Origin: Chrysemys picta bellii
Lineage: Eukaryota
Direction: 5' to 3'
Length of the DNA: 64,000 bases
NCBI RefSeq assembly: GCF_011386835.1
Contig: NC_088803.1
Location: 12,524,001 to 12,588,000, forward strand
This document shows, piece after piece, positions 10,568-23,564 of this stretch. Numbering within the stretch: the stretch's first letter is position 1; every line of letters begins with the position of its first letter. A program made the position numbers and the translations under genes. The notes under the pieces were generated by a model. The model made no database searches. It worked only from the letters and a program-made list of their open reading frames with translations, and was not told the DNA's origin.

Positions 10568-11315
10568 CATAGATATTCAGAGATTCACAGAGTCCATGAC
10601 CAGAAGTGATTAGTGTGATCATCTAGTCTGACCTCCTATATATTGGAGGCCAGCGAACTTCCCCAAAATAATTCCTAGGGCAGACCTGTTAGAGAAAGAC
10701 CCAATCTTGGTTTGAAAAGTCTCAGTGATGGAGAATTCACCACAATACCTGTAAATTGCTCCAATGGTTAATTACTCTCACTATTAAAAATATGATTTAT
10801 TTCCAGTCTGTATTAGTCTAGCTTCAAATACAGCTATTGGATCATGCTAGACCTTTCTCTGCTAGATTGAAGCTCCCATTATTATATATTTGTTCCCCCT
10901 CTAGGTAGTTATAGACTGCCATCAAGTCACCCCTTAATCTTCCCTTTCTTAGTCTAAATAGACTGAGCTCTTTGAAGCTCTCTGTACAAATCATATTTTC
11001 TTATCATTTAATTATTCTTCTGGCTTTTCTCTGAACCGTCTACAATTTACCAGCATTCTTCTTGAATTTTGGGCACCAGAACTGTACACCATATTCCAGC
11101 AATGGACACACCTGTCCCAAATACAGAGCTAAAATAACCTCTCTACTCGTATTCAAGATTCCCCTGTTTATGAACCCCAGATCTCATTAGCTGTTGGTCA
11201 CACTGGGAGTTCATGTTAACTGATTATCCATCATGACCCCCAAATTGTTTTCAGTCACTGCTTCTCAGGATAGTGTCCCCCATCCCATAAGTATGGTCTA
11301 TATTCCTTGTTTGCA
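10568..11315 (-). mobile_element. CR1 LINE fragment
   Basis: Reverse 3' end (gatcatctagtctgacctcc) and gggcaccagaactgtacacc ORF2 remnant. Duplicate at about 32640-33385. Confidence 0.8.
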
Positions 11316-11889
11316 ATATGAAGTGTGGGTGCAGCAGGGAGTGCGTGCCATAAATCAATGTGTATCCAGGTAGCAGACAGCTATGTGGCATTGGGGTAGA
11401 ATCAATACAGAAGATCTACCCCCACAGAATGCTGGGTGAGTCCTTGTCATATTTCCCGGGACAGTGGGAATTAGGTGGTGTTGGTGTTGTAGTATTTTAG
11501 TTTCATGCTCAAGAGCATGTAGCAATAGGGGATCCAACTTGGCCAGAATTGCTGGATTTTGGATGTGCTTTGTTCCATCGTTCATACTGCATTTATCAAG
11601 CCACACCATCAGCCTATTCCTCAGATGGGATAAAGTGATGAAGTTGTGTTGACTTTAAAGCAGCTGATCAAATTTACACAACTGTGATAACATGATTGAG
11701 TGATTGTCAGAGATGAGAAGCACTAACATCACCCAGTCATTGCAAGTGATGAGTGCTGGACACCTTTGACATTCATACAATGAGATATTAGGGGAAGGAG
11801 AATCGGGGCCATTCTCTCTGTCACTCTAATCCGAACTATAACCCTTCTCATTCCCTCAACAGGTATCACACAACATACTGAGGAAGAAA

Positions 11890-12849
11890 ATGTCCAATCA
11901 AACAACTGTGACCGAGTTCCTTCTCCTGGGATTCTCTGACATTCGGGAGCTGCAGATTTTACACTTTGTGGTGTTTCTGGTGATTTACCTAGCAGCCCTG
12001 ATGGGGAATCTTCTCATCATCACAGCCGTAGCCCTCGACCACCATCTTCACACCCCCATGTACTTCTTCCTGGTGAACCTGTCCATCCTAGACCTCAGCT
12101 CCATCTCTGTCACCATCCCCAAATCCATGGCCAATTCCTTGATGAACACGAGGTCAATTTCTTATTCTGGATGCGTCACACAAGTCTTTCTCTTTATCTT
12201 CTTTATTTCAGCAGATTTTGCATTATTGACTGTCATGGCATACGACCGACACATCGCCATCTGCCGACCACTGCACTATGCGACAGTGATGAACAGGAGA
12301 GCGTGTGTCGAAATGGCAGCAGGTGTGTGGATCAGTGGTATTCTTAACTCTGCACTGCACACTGGGAGCACATTCGTGATACCTTTTTGTGGAGGCAACA
12401 TGGTGGATCAGTTCTTCTGTGAAATCCCCCAGCTCCTCAAGCTCGCCTGCTCTGACTCAGACCTCAATGAAACTGTGGCTATTGTCTTCAGTGCATGCTT
12501 AGCCTTAAGCTGCTTTGTTTTCATAATTGTGTCATATGTTCAGATCTTCAAAGCAGTGCTGAAAATCCCCTCTGAGCAGGGCCGGCGTAAAGCCTTCTCC
12601 ACCTGCCTGCCTCACCTTACTGTGGTCTCCTTGTTTATTTGTACTGGGACTGTTGCCTACCTGAAACCGGCCTCCAGCTCAGCGTCAGGTCTGGATCTCA
12701 TGGTGGGTGTTCTCTATTCCGTGGTGCCACCAATGATGAATCCGATCATCTACAGCATGAGAAACAGGGAGGTGAAAGGTTCATTGAGTAAACTGATAGG
12801 TTGGAGGTTATTCCGCAAGAATAAAATGTCCATATGTCTCCACTTATAG
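11890..12849 (+). CDS. Olfactory receptor, OR14-like (type B, copy 1), 319 aa
   Basis: Intact ORF with LHTPMYFF, MAYDRHIAIC, KAFSTCLPH, NPIIYSMRN. Confidence 0.95.
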   Translation: MSNQTTVTEFLLLGFSDIRELQILHFVVFLVIYLAALMGNLLIITAVALDHHLHTPMYFFLVNLSILDLSSISVTIPKSMANSLMNTRSISYSGCVTQVFLFIFFISADFALLTVMAYDRHIAICRPLHYATVMNRRACVEMAAGVWISGILNSALHTGSTFVIPFCGGNMVDQFFCEIPQLLKLACSDSDLNETVAIVFSACLALSCFVFIIVSYVQIFKAVLKIPSEQGRRKAFSTCLPHLTVVSLFICTGTVAYLKPASSSASGLDLMVGVLYSVVPPMMNPIIYSMRNREVKGSLSKLIGWRLFRKNKMSICLHL

Positions 12850-12994
12850 CAATTTCATTCTGAGTTTCCTTATAAATATAATCAGCTGAATCTTTATGCA
12901 GTATTTGGTATTTGCATGTGTAAAAATCCGGACAAACATAACTCAAGAAAAATAAGAGTTACTTTAGCTTTACTCCAATGTAAATTAGATCAGA

Positions 12995-12996
<2 letters not shown>

Positions 12997-13050
<54 letters not shown>
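12997..13050. repeat. (CTAT)n microsatellite 3' of type-B OR
   Basis: Paralogous runs at 35094-35146 and 50718-50764. Confidence 0.95.
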
Positions 13051-13051
<1 letters not shown>

Positions 13052-13295
13052 ATAACCTTGCACATAAAATGAGTAGCCATAGCAAAGTCACTAGTGAGGT
13101 CTCTGGCTCTTATTTTTCAGGATTAAAACTCTGATCGAGGTATCAACGCATTTGTTCTTTGTGTGGCTTTTTGTTTCTTTTTTTTTCAGTTTTTTAATTT
13201 ATATTTGTGGAGTTGTTTGGTGCTTTTATTTGTTTCTTTGTTCCAGGTATGTTTAGAGGTGGGAAGTCCTGGAGAGATGGGGAGGGTTCGGTTAG

Positions 13296-13709
13296 TATGA
13301 CATTATTCAGGTCACCATCTGGACTGCTGAACAGCTGTGTCTCCTCTGTTCTCCAACCTGGGGTGACTCTTACACTACTCTACTATGAAAACAGCAACTC
13401 CTGGCCAGTAAATACATAAGCTCCAGCACGTCACTTGCTCCCATGTAAATAATATCCATTGCTACTACCTAGCCACTCATGAATTACACTGCAGCAGAAC
13501 ACCAGCAGACTCTCAGTACCAGGCATTCCCCCAGAAATGTGCGTCTTGTACTGCCCAACACACTACTGGATGATACAAGTTTGTAATTTCATCAAACAAA
13601 AATGATATACATCCGCCTTGTTGTTCCAAATTGTTTTTCCCATACACTTTAATACAAATATATCAGTTGGATAAACCAGGAGAACAAGTTTATTAACTAC
13701 AGTAAGAAA
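13296..13709 (-). mobile_element. LTR fragment, truncated at the duplication boundary
   Basis: Matches 35395-35819; aacaagtttatt gives AATAAA on the minus strand. Confidence 0.65.
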
Positions 13710-13728
13710 TCCCACAAGCCCTTAGAAA

Positions 13729-15260
13729 ATCATAGAATCATAGAATATCAGGGTTGGAAGGGACCTCAGGAGGTCATCTAGTCCAACCCCCTGCTCAAAG
13801 CAGGACCAATCCCCAACTAATTCATCCCAGCCAGGGCTTTGTCAAGCCTGACCTTAAAAACCTCTAAGGCTACATCTTCACTACGAGGGGGGTTGATTTA
13901 AGATACGCAAATTCAGCTATGCGAGTAGCATAGCTGAATTCGACGTATCGCAGCCGACTTACCCCGCTGTAGGGACGGCGGCAAAATCGACCTCTGCGGC
14001 TTCCCATCAATGGCACTTACTCCCACCTACGCTGGTGGAGTAAGAGCGTCAATTCGGGGATCGATTGGCGCGTCCCATCGGGACGCGATAAATCGATCCC
14101 TGAGTGGTCAATTTCTACCCGCCGATTCAGGCGGGTAGTGTAGACCCAGCCTAAGGAAGGAGATTCCACCACCTCCCTAGGTAACACATTCCTTTACTTC
14201 ACCACTCTCCTAGTGAAAAACTTTTTCCTAATATACAACCTAGACCTCTCCCACTGCAATTTGAGACCATTACTCCTTGTTCTGTCATCTAGTACCATTG
14301 ACACCAGTCTAGATCCAACCTCTTTGGAAGCCCCTTTCAGGTAGTTGAAAGCAGCTATCAAATCCCCCCTCATTCTTCTCTTCCACAGAGTAGATAATCC
14401 CAGTTCCCTCAGCTTCTTCTCATAAATCATGTGCTCCAGCCCCCTAATCATTTTTATTGAACTCCGCTGGACTCTTTCTAATTTTTCCATATCTTTCTTG
14501 TAGTGTGGGGCCCAAAACTGAACACAGTAATCCAGACGAGGCCTCACCAATGCCGAATAGAGGGGAATGATTACGTCCTTCAATCTGCTGGCAATGCTCC
14601 TACTTATACAGCCCTAAATGTCTTCTTGGCAACAAGAGCACACTGTTGACACATATCCAGCTTCTCATCCACTGTAATCCCTAGGTCCTTTTCTGCAGAA
14701 CTGCTGCCTAGCCATTCGGTCCCTGGTCTGTAGCAGTGCATGGGATTCTTCCATCCTAAGTGCAGGACTTTGCACTTGTCCCTTTTGAACCTCAACAGAT
14801 TTCTTTTGGCCCAATCCTCTAATTTGTCTAGGTCCGTCTGTATCCTATCCCTACCCTCCAGCGTATCTACCACTCTTCCCAGTTTAGTGTCATCTTCAAA
14901 CTTTGTGAGGGTGGAATCCACCCCATCCTCCAGATCAGTAATGAAGATATTGAACAAAACTGGTCCCAAGACCGACTCTTGGGGCACTCCCCTTGATACC
15001 GGCTGCCAACTAAACATGGAGCCATTGATCACTACCCATTGAGCCTGATGATCTAGCCAGCTTTCTATCCACCTTATAGTCCATCCATCCAGCCCATACT
15101 TCTTTTATCTGGTGGCAAGAATACTGTGGGAGACCGTATCAAAAGCTTTGCTAAAGTCAAGGAATAACATGTCCACTGCTTTCCCCTCATCCACAGAGCC
15201 AGTTATCTCATCATAGAAGGCAATTAGGTTAGTCAGGCATGACTTGCCCTTGGTGAATCC
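13729..15260 (-). mobile_element. CR1 LINE, 5'-truncated, interrupted by a MITE
   Basis: (catagaat)n tail. ORF2 RT peptides GVPQESVLGPVLFNIFI..FEDDTKLG and [23 protein letters not shown]. Confidence 0.95.
13868..14151. mobile_element. PIF/Harbinger MITE (284 bp)
   Basis: TIRs ggctacatcttcacta / tagtgtagacccagcc, TAA TSD at 13865-67 and 14152-54, several internal hairpins. Confidence 0.85.
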
Positions 15261-15464
15261 GTACACATGGATACACATGGATAAATCCCCTTCCGTCAGC
15301 ATCAGTCCTTAAAAGCCAGTGATGTTCAAAGCCAGCTACACACAGTTCAGCTGCAGAGAGCAATGGGTTTGAATCTAGTTCTGACAGTTCGGTCTTAGAG
15401 TGAAGGATGAAAGGTCTTTTAGAAAGTTGTGCTTTTGGCTTCTAGATACTGTTAGAAGGTCTGA

Positions 15465-15465
15465 C

Positions 15466-15518
<53 letters not shown>
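15465..15518. repeat. (AGAT)n microsatellite
   Basis: Perfect run. Confidence 0.95.
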
Positions 15519-15519
<1 letters not shown>

Positions 15520-16109
15520 AGACCACAGATCCTGGGGCTGGACTGAATGTACCACATATAGGGAAAAAATCCTCAGAGACTGGCACAGTAAGTTTTCTCA
15601 TTCAGTTTAATTTGTTTGGAGATTAACATCCAGGAGAAGTATAAGAACACAAAGAAGAATTACAGTCAGAACTCTTTTACATTTTTCCAATGAATTTACT
15701 CATCTATGGCTGATCAGAAACTAATTTTTAAAATAAAATAAAATAAAAAGCTCCCCCTGCATTACATTAAAATTTTTCACCAACAAACCAAACCCAGTTT
15801 TTTTTTCAGTGTTTGGCAACTGAAAATGTTCAGATTAAAAGTGTAAATTTGAAGAAGAAAACCAAAGAAGGTTGTTTTTTGAGTTTTTAGTTTTCCAATG
15901 AAATGTCTCAAATTTTCGAAGAAAGCTGACACATTCTGAGGAAGAAAATGTTGTTTTCCTAAAATCCCAATTTTCCATTAAAATGTGAACATTTACAATC
16001 AACCTTAAACTTTGAACAAGAGTAGGAAGAGTTAATATTGTTTAAAAATATGTAATTAGAAAACTCATCCAGACTCTGGCATCTTTGTTTATTTCTATTT
16101 CAAAGGAAA

Positions 16110-16543
16110 CAAAAAATGATCAGGGGGCTGGGGCACATGACTTATGAGGAGAGGCTGAGGTAACTGGGCTTGTTTAGTCTGCAGAAGAGAAGAGTGATGG
16201 AGGGATTTGACCTGAAGGGGGGTTCCAAGGAGGATGGAGCTAGGCTGTTTGTAGTGGCGGCAGATGACAGAATAAGGAGCAATGGTCTCAAGTTGAAATG
16301 TGGGAGGTCTAGGTTGGATATTAGGAAACACTACTTCAGTAGGAGGGTGGTGAAGCACTGGAATGGGTTACCAAGGGAGCTGGTGGAATCTCCATCCTTG
16401 GAAGTTTTTAAGGCCCAGCTTGACAAAGCCCTGGCTGGGATGATTTAGTTGGGGATTGGTCCTGCTTTGAGCAGGGGATTGGACTAGATACCTCCTGAGG
16501 TCGCTTCCAACCCTGATAGTCTCTGATTCTTCTATGATTCTAT
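16110..16543 (+). mobile_element. CR1 3' fragment
   Basis: Inserted at caaaggaaa|gtacagc (empty site at 10074-10090) with a gaaa duplication; tctatgattctat tail. Confidence 0.92.
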
Positions 16544-17084
16544 GAAAGTACAGCTAAGTAGCTGACAAAACTGACAGTTCACAGAATATATTTCATACAC
16601 ACTATCCCCTTGAAACACAGGGTCAGAGTTGAACCAAGCAGCCAAAGCCTTTCTATCCTGACACAACCCGTGGCCATAGAGGGGGTCAATTGTACCAGAA
16701 AACCAACCTCCTGATCCAGCACTGTGGCCAGTGTACAACACTGCTGCCAGCTGAGCACAAATGCTGTCAATGGGTGCACTGAACAGACAAAAGGTAAGAC
16801 ACAGTCCATCCCCTAAAGACCTGAGAGTTAAGTAGAGCAGGCAGAGAAAGGGAGGAGAAACCAAGGCACAGAGCAGGGAAGTGAGTGCCCCAATATCACA
16901 CAGCACATCAGTGGCAGTGCCAAGAAAAGAAATCAAGTCCCCTGAATGCCACTGAATCACACAGCGCAGATGTAAAGTCACAGAGGGAAACAATACAACA
17001 CAGAAGTAACTGAGCAATGCTTCAAGCCCATCATTACATAGATATTCAGAGATTCAGATTCCATGGCCAGAAGGGAACATCCCT

Positions 17085-17365
17085 CGAGGGTGCAACAGGT
17101 TCCTCCATTGCTGCCTAAGCCAGTGTCCATTGTTCCTGTGAGGCTGGGCTGGGCCCGTCCCATCAATTACCTGACAAAGTGTGAACTGTCTCTCTGTTCC
17201 TGGAGAGTTTTTGGATAGGCTTGCTTTAAGCCATGATGATACATTTTCAGCCTCATGAAATTATAACCTATAACCTTACTATAACATCACTACAACAACC
17301 ATGCTCAGTGCACTATGAGCCCTCTGTAGACACCCAACATGACAAACTTTGCACTGGACCCCACA
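17085..17365. mobile_element. LTR-like fragment
   Basis: Abruptly replaces the OR-intron homology; resembles LTR-type repeat sequence. Confidence 0.35.
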
Positions 17366-18608
17366 CAATCATTTTATATAGAAGAAAATAGGGATGTAGG
17401 ATGTTCCCCCGAGGTACAGAGCATCATAGTGTCCTAGAGGCCCAGAGCTAGAAACAATAACTAGACACTACCCAGATCCAGTGGCTTAGAAGCATGTGGG
17501 ACCCAATGATTGGATCTACTCATGACAGATCAGTGACTGCATGGTCAGATGCTGGGCCAGGTTGTGACAACTTGTTTGTCTGTGTTATTCTCTTTTGTTT
17601 TGTTTTGTTTTATTAGTAAATCAATTTATTTTTCTTCCTTTTTTGGAGGGAGGGAGGAAGGGAGGATGTTTGGTTTGATGGAGGTGTAAAAGTTTCGTCA
17701 CATATTCAGGGTGTCAATGGTTTTTTTGGGGGAACAGCTTAAGGTTTGTTTCCCACAATGATGAAGAGGTGGAAAAGAATTTCAGGAGCTGTCCGGATAG
17801 CTGAATTCTGGTTTCAATGATTATTTTAATGCTGCTGGGATTGAATGGTATTAGTCATGATATATTAGGGAACCTAGACATTTGACAAGCGTCTTTTAAT
17901 TGTTTTAAACCTAAATAAATAAATCCATGTTCTGCCTAAACTCAGTAGGGTGGAAATGCTTTTTTGAAGAGAAAGAATTCCATTGTTTCTTATGGACAGA
18001 TTCAGTCTGCAGAATGAGGCCAAATTTGGATCCCATTGAAGTCAATGAGATTTATCCATTCACTTCAAAGGGATCAGGATTTTGACAATGCTTAAGACAC
18101 CAAAGAATATAAATACGGCTGAAGGCAGCCTGGAGAAATTGCAACAACAGAAATGTAAGGCTGAGATTCCTATCTCCTCTAGACCCATGCCAGTGAAGAG
18201 CAACTCAATTGATATAATTGATTTAATACTGACAAAATCTTGGCCCAGAGATTTGGGACTAAATTCAGTAGTAACATAAGCACTGGTGTATATTACTTTT
18301 TGGGTAATTTTATTCTAATCTTGGTATAAGTAGAAAAGTGCCATTACATGCACTGACCTGGTATTCCATGTACTGTCCAATGTAAATCTAGTCACATCAA
18401 ACCTAAAGAAGGATTTCTGAATTTGCTGGCTCCTAATGTCAATAGTAATAATAATTACTTGAATACTATCTTTGTGCATGGCTGTGTGCAGTACGTATAC
18501 AGCAAATAAAAGTAGAGTGTATGAATGAATAGGAATATAAATATGACCATTCCTTGTTCTATCACATACTCTCAATGTGGCAGACATATTTCTGTTTGAT
18601 TGTGAATT

Positions 18609-18611
<3 letters not shown>

Positions 18612-18648
<37 letters not shown>
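18612..18648. repeat. (GA)n microsatellite
   Basis: Perfect run. Confidence 0.95.
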
Positions 18649-18654
<6 letters not shown>

Positions 18655-18814
18655 TTTTTACATTGATGTAAGCCTATATTAACTCCATTGACTGAAGTGT
18701 GTTTGTCTAGATATTTGCAAGTAAATACCCCAGTGTTCATAAGTAGACTGTGTGCTATATTCTCATGGAGCGAATAATGCCATCAGTTGATCATATTTAT
18801 AAAGAAACACAGAC

Positions 18815-19738
18815 TCAAAGGAGAAAGATGAACATTTAATTTTAGGAGAATGGACTCAATCCCATCATTTTGCACCGGGCAGCTTTGATCTTCTTGCTCC
18901 TCATGCTGTAGATGATTGGATTCATCACCTAAGGCACTGGGGAAAAATATGAGAACTAGACCTGATGTTTAGCTGCAGGTGGGTTTTAGGTAGGCTAAGA
19001 AGCCAATGCTAAGCAACAAGGAGATGACACAGAGGAGAGGAAGGCAGGTGGAGAAGGCTTTACCCCACCTCAGTGGGGATTCTCAGCACTGTTTTGAAGA
19101 TCTGAACATATGACACAATTATTAAAACAAAGCAGTTTAAGATTAAGCACACACTCAAGGCAATAGCTCCAGTTACACTGAGGTAGAAGTAAGAGCAGGT
19201 GAGCTTGAGTAGCTGGGGTATGTCACATAGGAAACGATTTATTACATTGCTTCCACAGAAAGATATTGCAAACGTGTTCCCAATGAGCATTGCAGAATTG
19301 AGAAGATCACTGATCCAGGCCCTGGCTGCCATTTAGATACAAGCTTTCATAGTGCAGCAGTTTCCAGATGGCGACGTATCGATCATATGCCATGATGGTC
19401 AGTAAGGCAACATCCGTTGAATTGAAGAAGATGAAGAGAAAGACTTAGGTGATGCATCCAGAATATGAAACCGACCTGGTGTTCAATTAGGAATTGGCCA
19501 TGGATTTGGGGATGATGACAGAGATGGAGCCGAGGTCTAGGATGGACAGATTCTTCAGGAAGAAGTACATGGGGGTGTGAAGATGGTTGTCGAGGACTAC
19601 AACCATGATGATGAGAAGAGTCCCCAGCAGGGCTTCCAGGTAAATCACCAGAAAGACCACAAAGTGCAAAAGCTGCAGCTCCCGAACATCAGAGAACCCC
19701 AGGAGAATGAACTCGGCCACGGTCGTTAGATTGGACAT
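18815..19738 (-). pseudogene. OR14-like pseudogene
   Basis: Starts MSNLTTVAEFILLGFS at 19738. Several in-frame TAA codons (after KSMANS and after GCIT), a deletion with frameshift after HYE, further indels in TM6, and a NPIIYSMR remnant near 18910. Confidence 0.93.
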
Positions 19739-20147
19739 TTTCCTTATCGGTACATTGTGTCCTCCCTGTGGAGGGAAGGAGATAGTCACTGGTCAGGATC
19801 AGTGTGACAATGGGAATGACCCTGATTCTCATCTTAATAACATCTCCTGATGTGCATGTCCAAGGTGCACAGTGCTCGTCTTTTCCACGGACTGGGAATC
19901 GTGAGTGCTCCTTGCCTCTGACAATCATACACATCAGGGTCATTATCACACTCATGTAAATTGGAATCGCTCTCTTAAAGTCAATGCAGCAGCATCATTT
20001 TACACCTTCTGGCCCAAGAGGCAGCTTGATAAAGATGCAGTGTGAAGGATGGACAAAGTACCACACAAATCTACCAGGTCCATACAGGAGGCATTGCCCT
20101 GTTGCTACAAAGAGTAGGGTCACAGCTTGTCATGAAACTATTGCATG

Positions 20148-20431
20148 TTTACACTATGAGCTAGTGTGTGATTTCCCCACTTGTACACAGATACTCAAGC
20201 TAGCTCTCGCCGAGCTAGCATGAATATAAATAGCAGGGTAGGCACTGGAGCATGAGTACCAGCAGCAGAGGGATGGCTGAGCTGAGTATAGACCTGCTTA
20301 AAACTAGTCCCTATGTAATCAGCATATCTGCTACCACATCTATACTGCTGTCTATATTCAATAAGAGCTAGCACATGTGTGTGTAAATGAGCAGGGGAAT
20401 CACACCTCTGGCTTGAACTTTAGATGTAGCC
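20148..20431. mobile_element. Degraded Harbinger-type MITE
   Basis: Ends tagatgtagcc followed by TAA; internal gctagc hairpins. Confidence 0.5.
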
Positions 20432-21400
20432 TAAAGTACTAAAATGCCAGCACAGCCTGACTTCCACTTCCCGGGGAAATCTGACGGACTCCCCCAGCAT
20501 CCTAAGTGGCACTGGGTCTGTAATGATTCCACCTCAACACCAGGTAGAAAGCCTGCCACCTGGTTACACATTGAGTGATGGCCCCAAATCCCAGCCACAC
20601 GTCCATAGCTGAATCTGCTCTCCGGGGCTGTGAGCCCAGCTCTGATCTCACCTCTGGAGTACACCACTCTGACAACCTGCCCTAGTTAACCCTATCCCCG
20701 AAGAGGGGGAACACGGCCTGCCGTGGACCTCACACGATGACAACATCCCTGCAAGGATATAAAAAAGCCAGGGCTGCGGCTCAAAGGGTGTCCCTAGGTA
20801 TTTACAGGGTGTCCCTAGGTATTTGTAGCACAGACATGTGACCTACAATAGCTCAGAGCCCAGTAGCACCAGAACATCAGCTGGCCGGAAATAGACGGGT
20901 TCTTCATTAACCCCATGTAATTACCTCTAGGGGAAGCAAAGTTTTTTGGGGGGGAGAGGGAGGGGTGGCAGACATGTTGGGATGCATCCACCAGAGGAGC
21001 CGACAACTGAGGCTGCCCTGGGTGTTCAAAGTTGGTCATTAGGAGGTACCCAGGGGCAAACACTAAAAACTAAGGGCCAGACCATGAGCTGGTGTAAACT
21101 GACACAATTCTGTTGACTTCAGAGTAGGTAGGGATATTTTTGCCCACTAAGTATCTGGCCCTTTGATTTCAGTGGCACTATGGCTGATTTATGCCAGCTG
21201 GGGATCTGGTCTCTTACACAGTTTCAAATCCACTTTCTTTGCCTGTGAATTGAAATGGAAGAGGAGACAAAAGTTCCTAAACAGTCAGCACTTTCTCAGC
21301 TCTTTGTCCCATGGGATTCATTACAAGAGTGCAACTTATAATGGTTACGGAGCGAATCATTCCAACTAGGAACAGAACTTTGGATTTTCAACTTCAATTG

Positions 21401-21402
21401 GA

Positions 21403-21468
<66 letters not shown>
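21401..21468. repeat. (GAAA)n microsatellite
   Basis: Perfect run. Confidence 0.95.
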
Positions 21469-21469
<1 letters not shown>

Positions 21470-23564
21470 GAAAATGTCAGGCCATTCTTCCTAATAGAAG
21501 CTGATGATCTGAACACTGAACTCCAATCTCTGTCCGTAGAGGGAAAGAATCGCTCCTTAACCATTAAAAGTTCCACTCTTGTAATTAAGAACTAAGAACG
21601 TGCAGAGAGGTTTGAACTTCTGTTTCATCCTTGTTTTCAATTCACACACAAAGAATATGGATTTAAAATGTGCAATGGGCCAGATTCTCAGCTGGTGAAA
21701 ATCATCCAGAGCTTCATTGAAATCAAAGGGCCGGTACCCCAGTTGGCGAAAATATCCCTAACTATTCTGAAATCAATGGAACTGTATCAATTTACAACAG
21801 CTCAGGAGCTGGCCCTTAGTTTTTAGTGTCTGACTCTGGGTACCTCATCAAACAGCCACGTCACCCTGATCTCTGGATTCCTCTGATGAGATCAGAGTTG
21901 GGCTCACAGCCCTGGAGACCAGACTTAGTTATTTAACTCCAGAGCAGGAACATCCTTTTCTGTGCCAGTGTCTGAAATCTGCACAGGATCATTTCTAGAA
22001 TTGGGAGGGGCTTTCAGCCCATGACCCTATTTAGTTCATCTCCTCTCAGCCAAGCCTGCCGCAGGAGTGGAGCAGGGAGCGCCCATCTGTGGAGTGGATC
22101 CCTGTCTACTTGGAGCTGCCGAGAGACCCAGCAATGCAGGAAATCCACCAATGGAAAATGGAAACAGCTGCTGGATAATACAGTGATGAGGGTCTGGGAG
22201 AGAGAGAGCACTAAGAACCAAAGAATCCTGACTGTGGAGCACCAAATGCATGGGGAAATTTCTGCAAAGACCACCCCAGTAAGTTTGATATTTCAATTAA
22301 ATATTTTAGGGTATTAATATAAGAGTAAATTGAATAATATAAATGTGAATTATAGTTGGAACTCTTTAAGACTTTTATGATCAATTCAGTGAAACATCTA
22401 GAGCCAGTCAAGTCTTATTTTCTTTTCAGCAGAAAAAAATGACTTTTCATAGAAATTGTGAAAACTAAAATGTGTTTGGTTTCTGGCATGTGAGAACTAA
22501 ACAATTTCAGCTAAAAATGCTGAAAATAGAATGTTTTCAGCTGAAATAACAATACAAATATTTTCAGTTTTTCAAAGAACATAATATACCAAAAACCCAA
22601 TTTGCCTTTGAAATAATTCAAGCCAAAAATATCTGAGCACCGCTAGCTGGAAACTATCATGGGGAACAATAATATTGTCCAATCATGCCACAATTTTAAA
22701 CTCCGTGACTGAACTGCAACCATGTTTATTTCTGTTTCAAAGGGATAGTTGCAGGATGATAAAATTAAGTAAGCAATGAAGCTGGTAATCCACAGAATGT
22801 TTTAAACATATCAGCACCTTTAAATTGATGCACAGAGAGTTGAAGCCCCAGCCAAAGCTCGTCTATTATGACCCTGCCCAAGAACATAGAGGAGTTCAAT
22901 GGGACTAGATCCCAGACCTCCTGCTTGAACACCGTCCCACACTGCTGCCAGTTAAACAAAAATACTGTCAGTAGGTTCAAAGAACATCTGTCAATAGGTT
23001 CAAAGAACGCAAAAATACTGTCAATAGGTTCAAAGAACGCCTAGTAAGTCACAGTCCTAGTAGACACAGCAGAGAAAGGGAGGGAGGGGAAACAAAGGGA
23101 CAGGGAGGGGAAGTGACTGGCCTAAGGTCACACAGAAGGTCCGTGGCAGATCCTAGAGCAGAACCCAGGTCTGCTTTCAACGACTGACCCGCACAGCACA
23201 GACATAAAGGAGCAGGTGAAAGATACAACACAGCAGTAACTGAGCAATCCTCCGAGTCTGTCATTGCACAGAGATGGAAGTGCAGCTGGGATTTGTTGCC
23301 ATAAATCAATTTGTAACCAGGAATCAGGCCATTTTTATACAGAGATTGAGGTGCCATTTAGGACAATGGGTGATTCACGGTTGTATTTACCTGGAAAGTG
23401 GGAATCAGGTGATGTTGGCATTTTAGTTTCATGCCCAAGTTTGAAGCCTGCTGTTTGTTGCAATAGAGGGACCCTCTCTGCTGGGACAGTTTATCTTGGC
23501 TTGCACTTTATTACATCCTTCATACTGAATTTTATCAAGTTGTTACCCCAGAATTTGACAGTAC

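Larger units (their letters stand above)
1..13709 (+). repeat. Segmental duplication, copy A (left end outside the window)
   Basis: Colinear with 21592-35819 (position 1 ctaagaacgt matches 21592). Homology ends inside an LTR at agtaagaaa, about 13709. Confidence 0.95.

Noticed and set aside
14194-15032. CR1 ORF2 peptides as an active retrotransposon (also 36218, 36974, 53174)
   Set aside because: All copies are 5'-truncated or frameshifted; none has a complete ORF2.
21311-21595. ORFs with KERK, FFLS or SIYL repeats (also 39063, 52332, 12916, 15375)
   Set aside because: Translations of microsatellites.
22955-23045. Short spaced repeats resembling a CRISPR array
   Set aside because: A local triplication of a single site seen once in copy A; no unique spacers; eukaryotic context.
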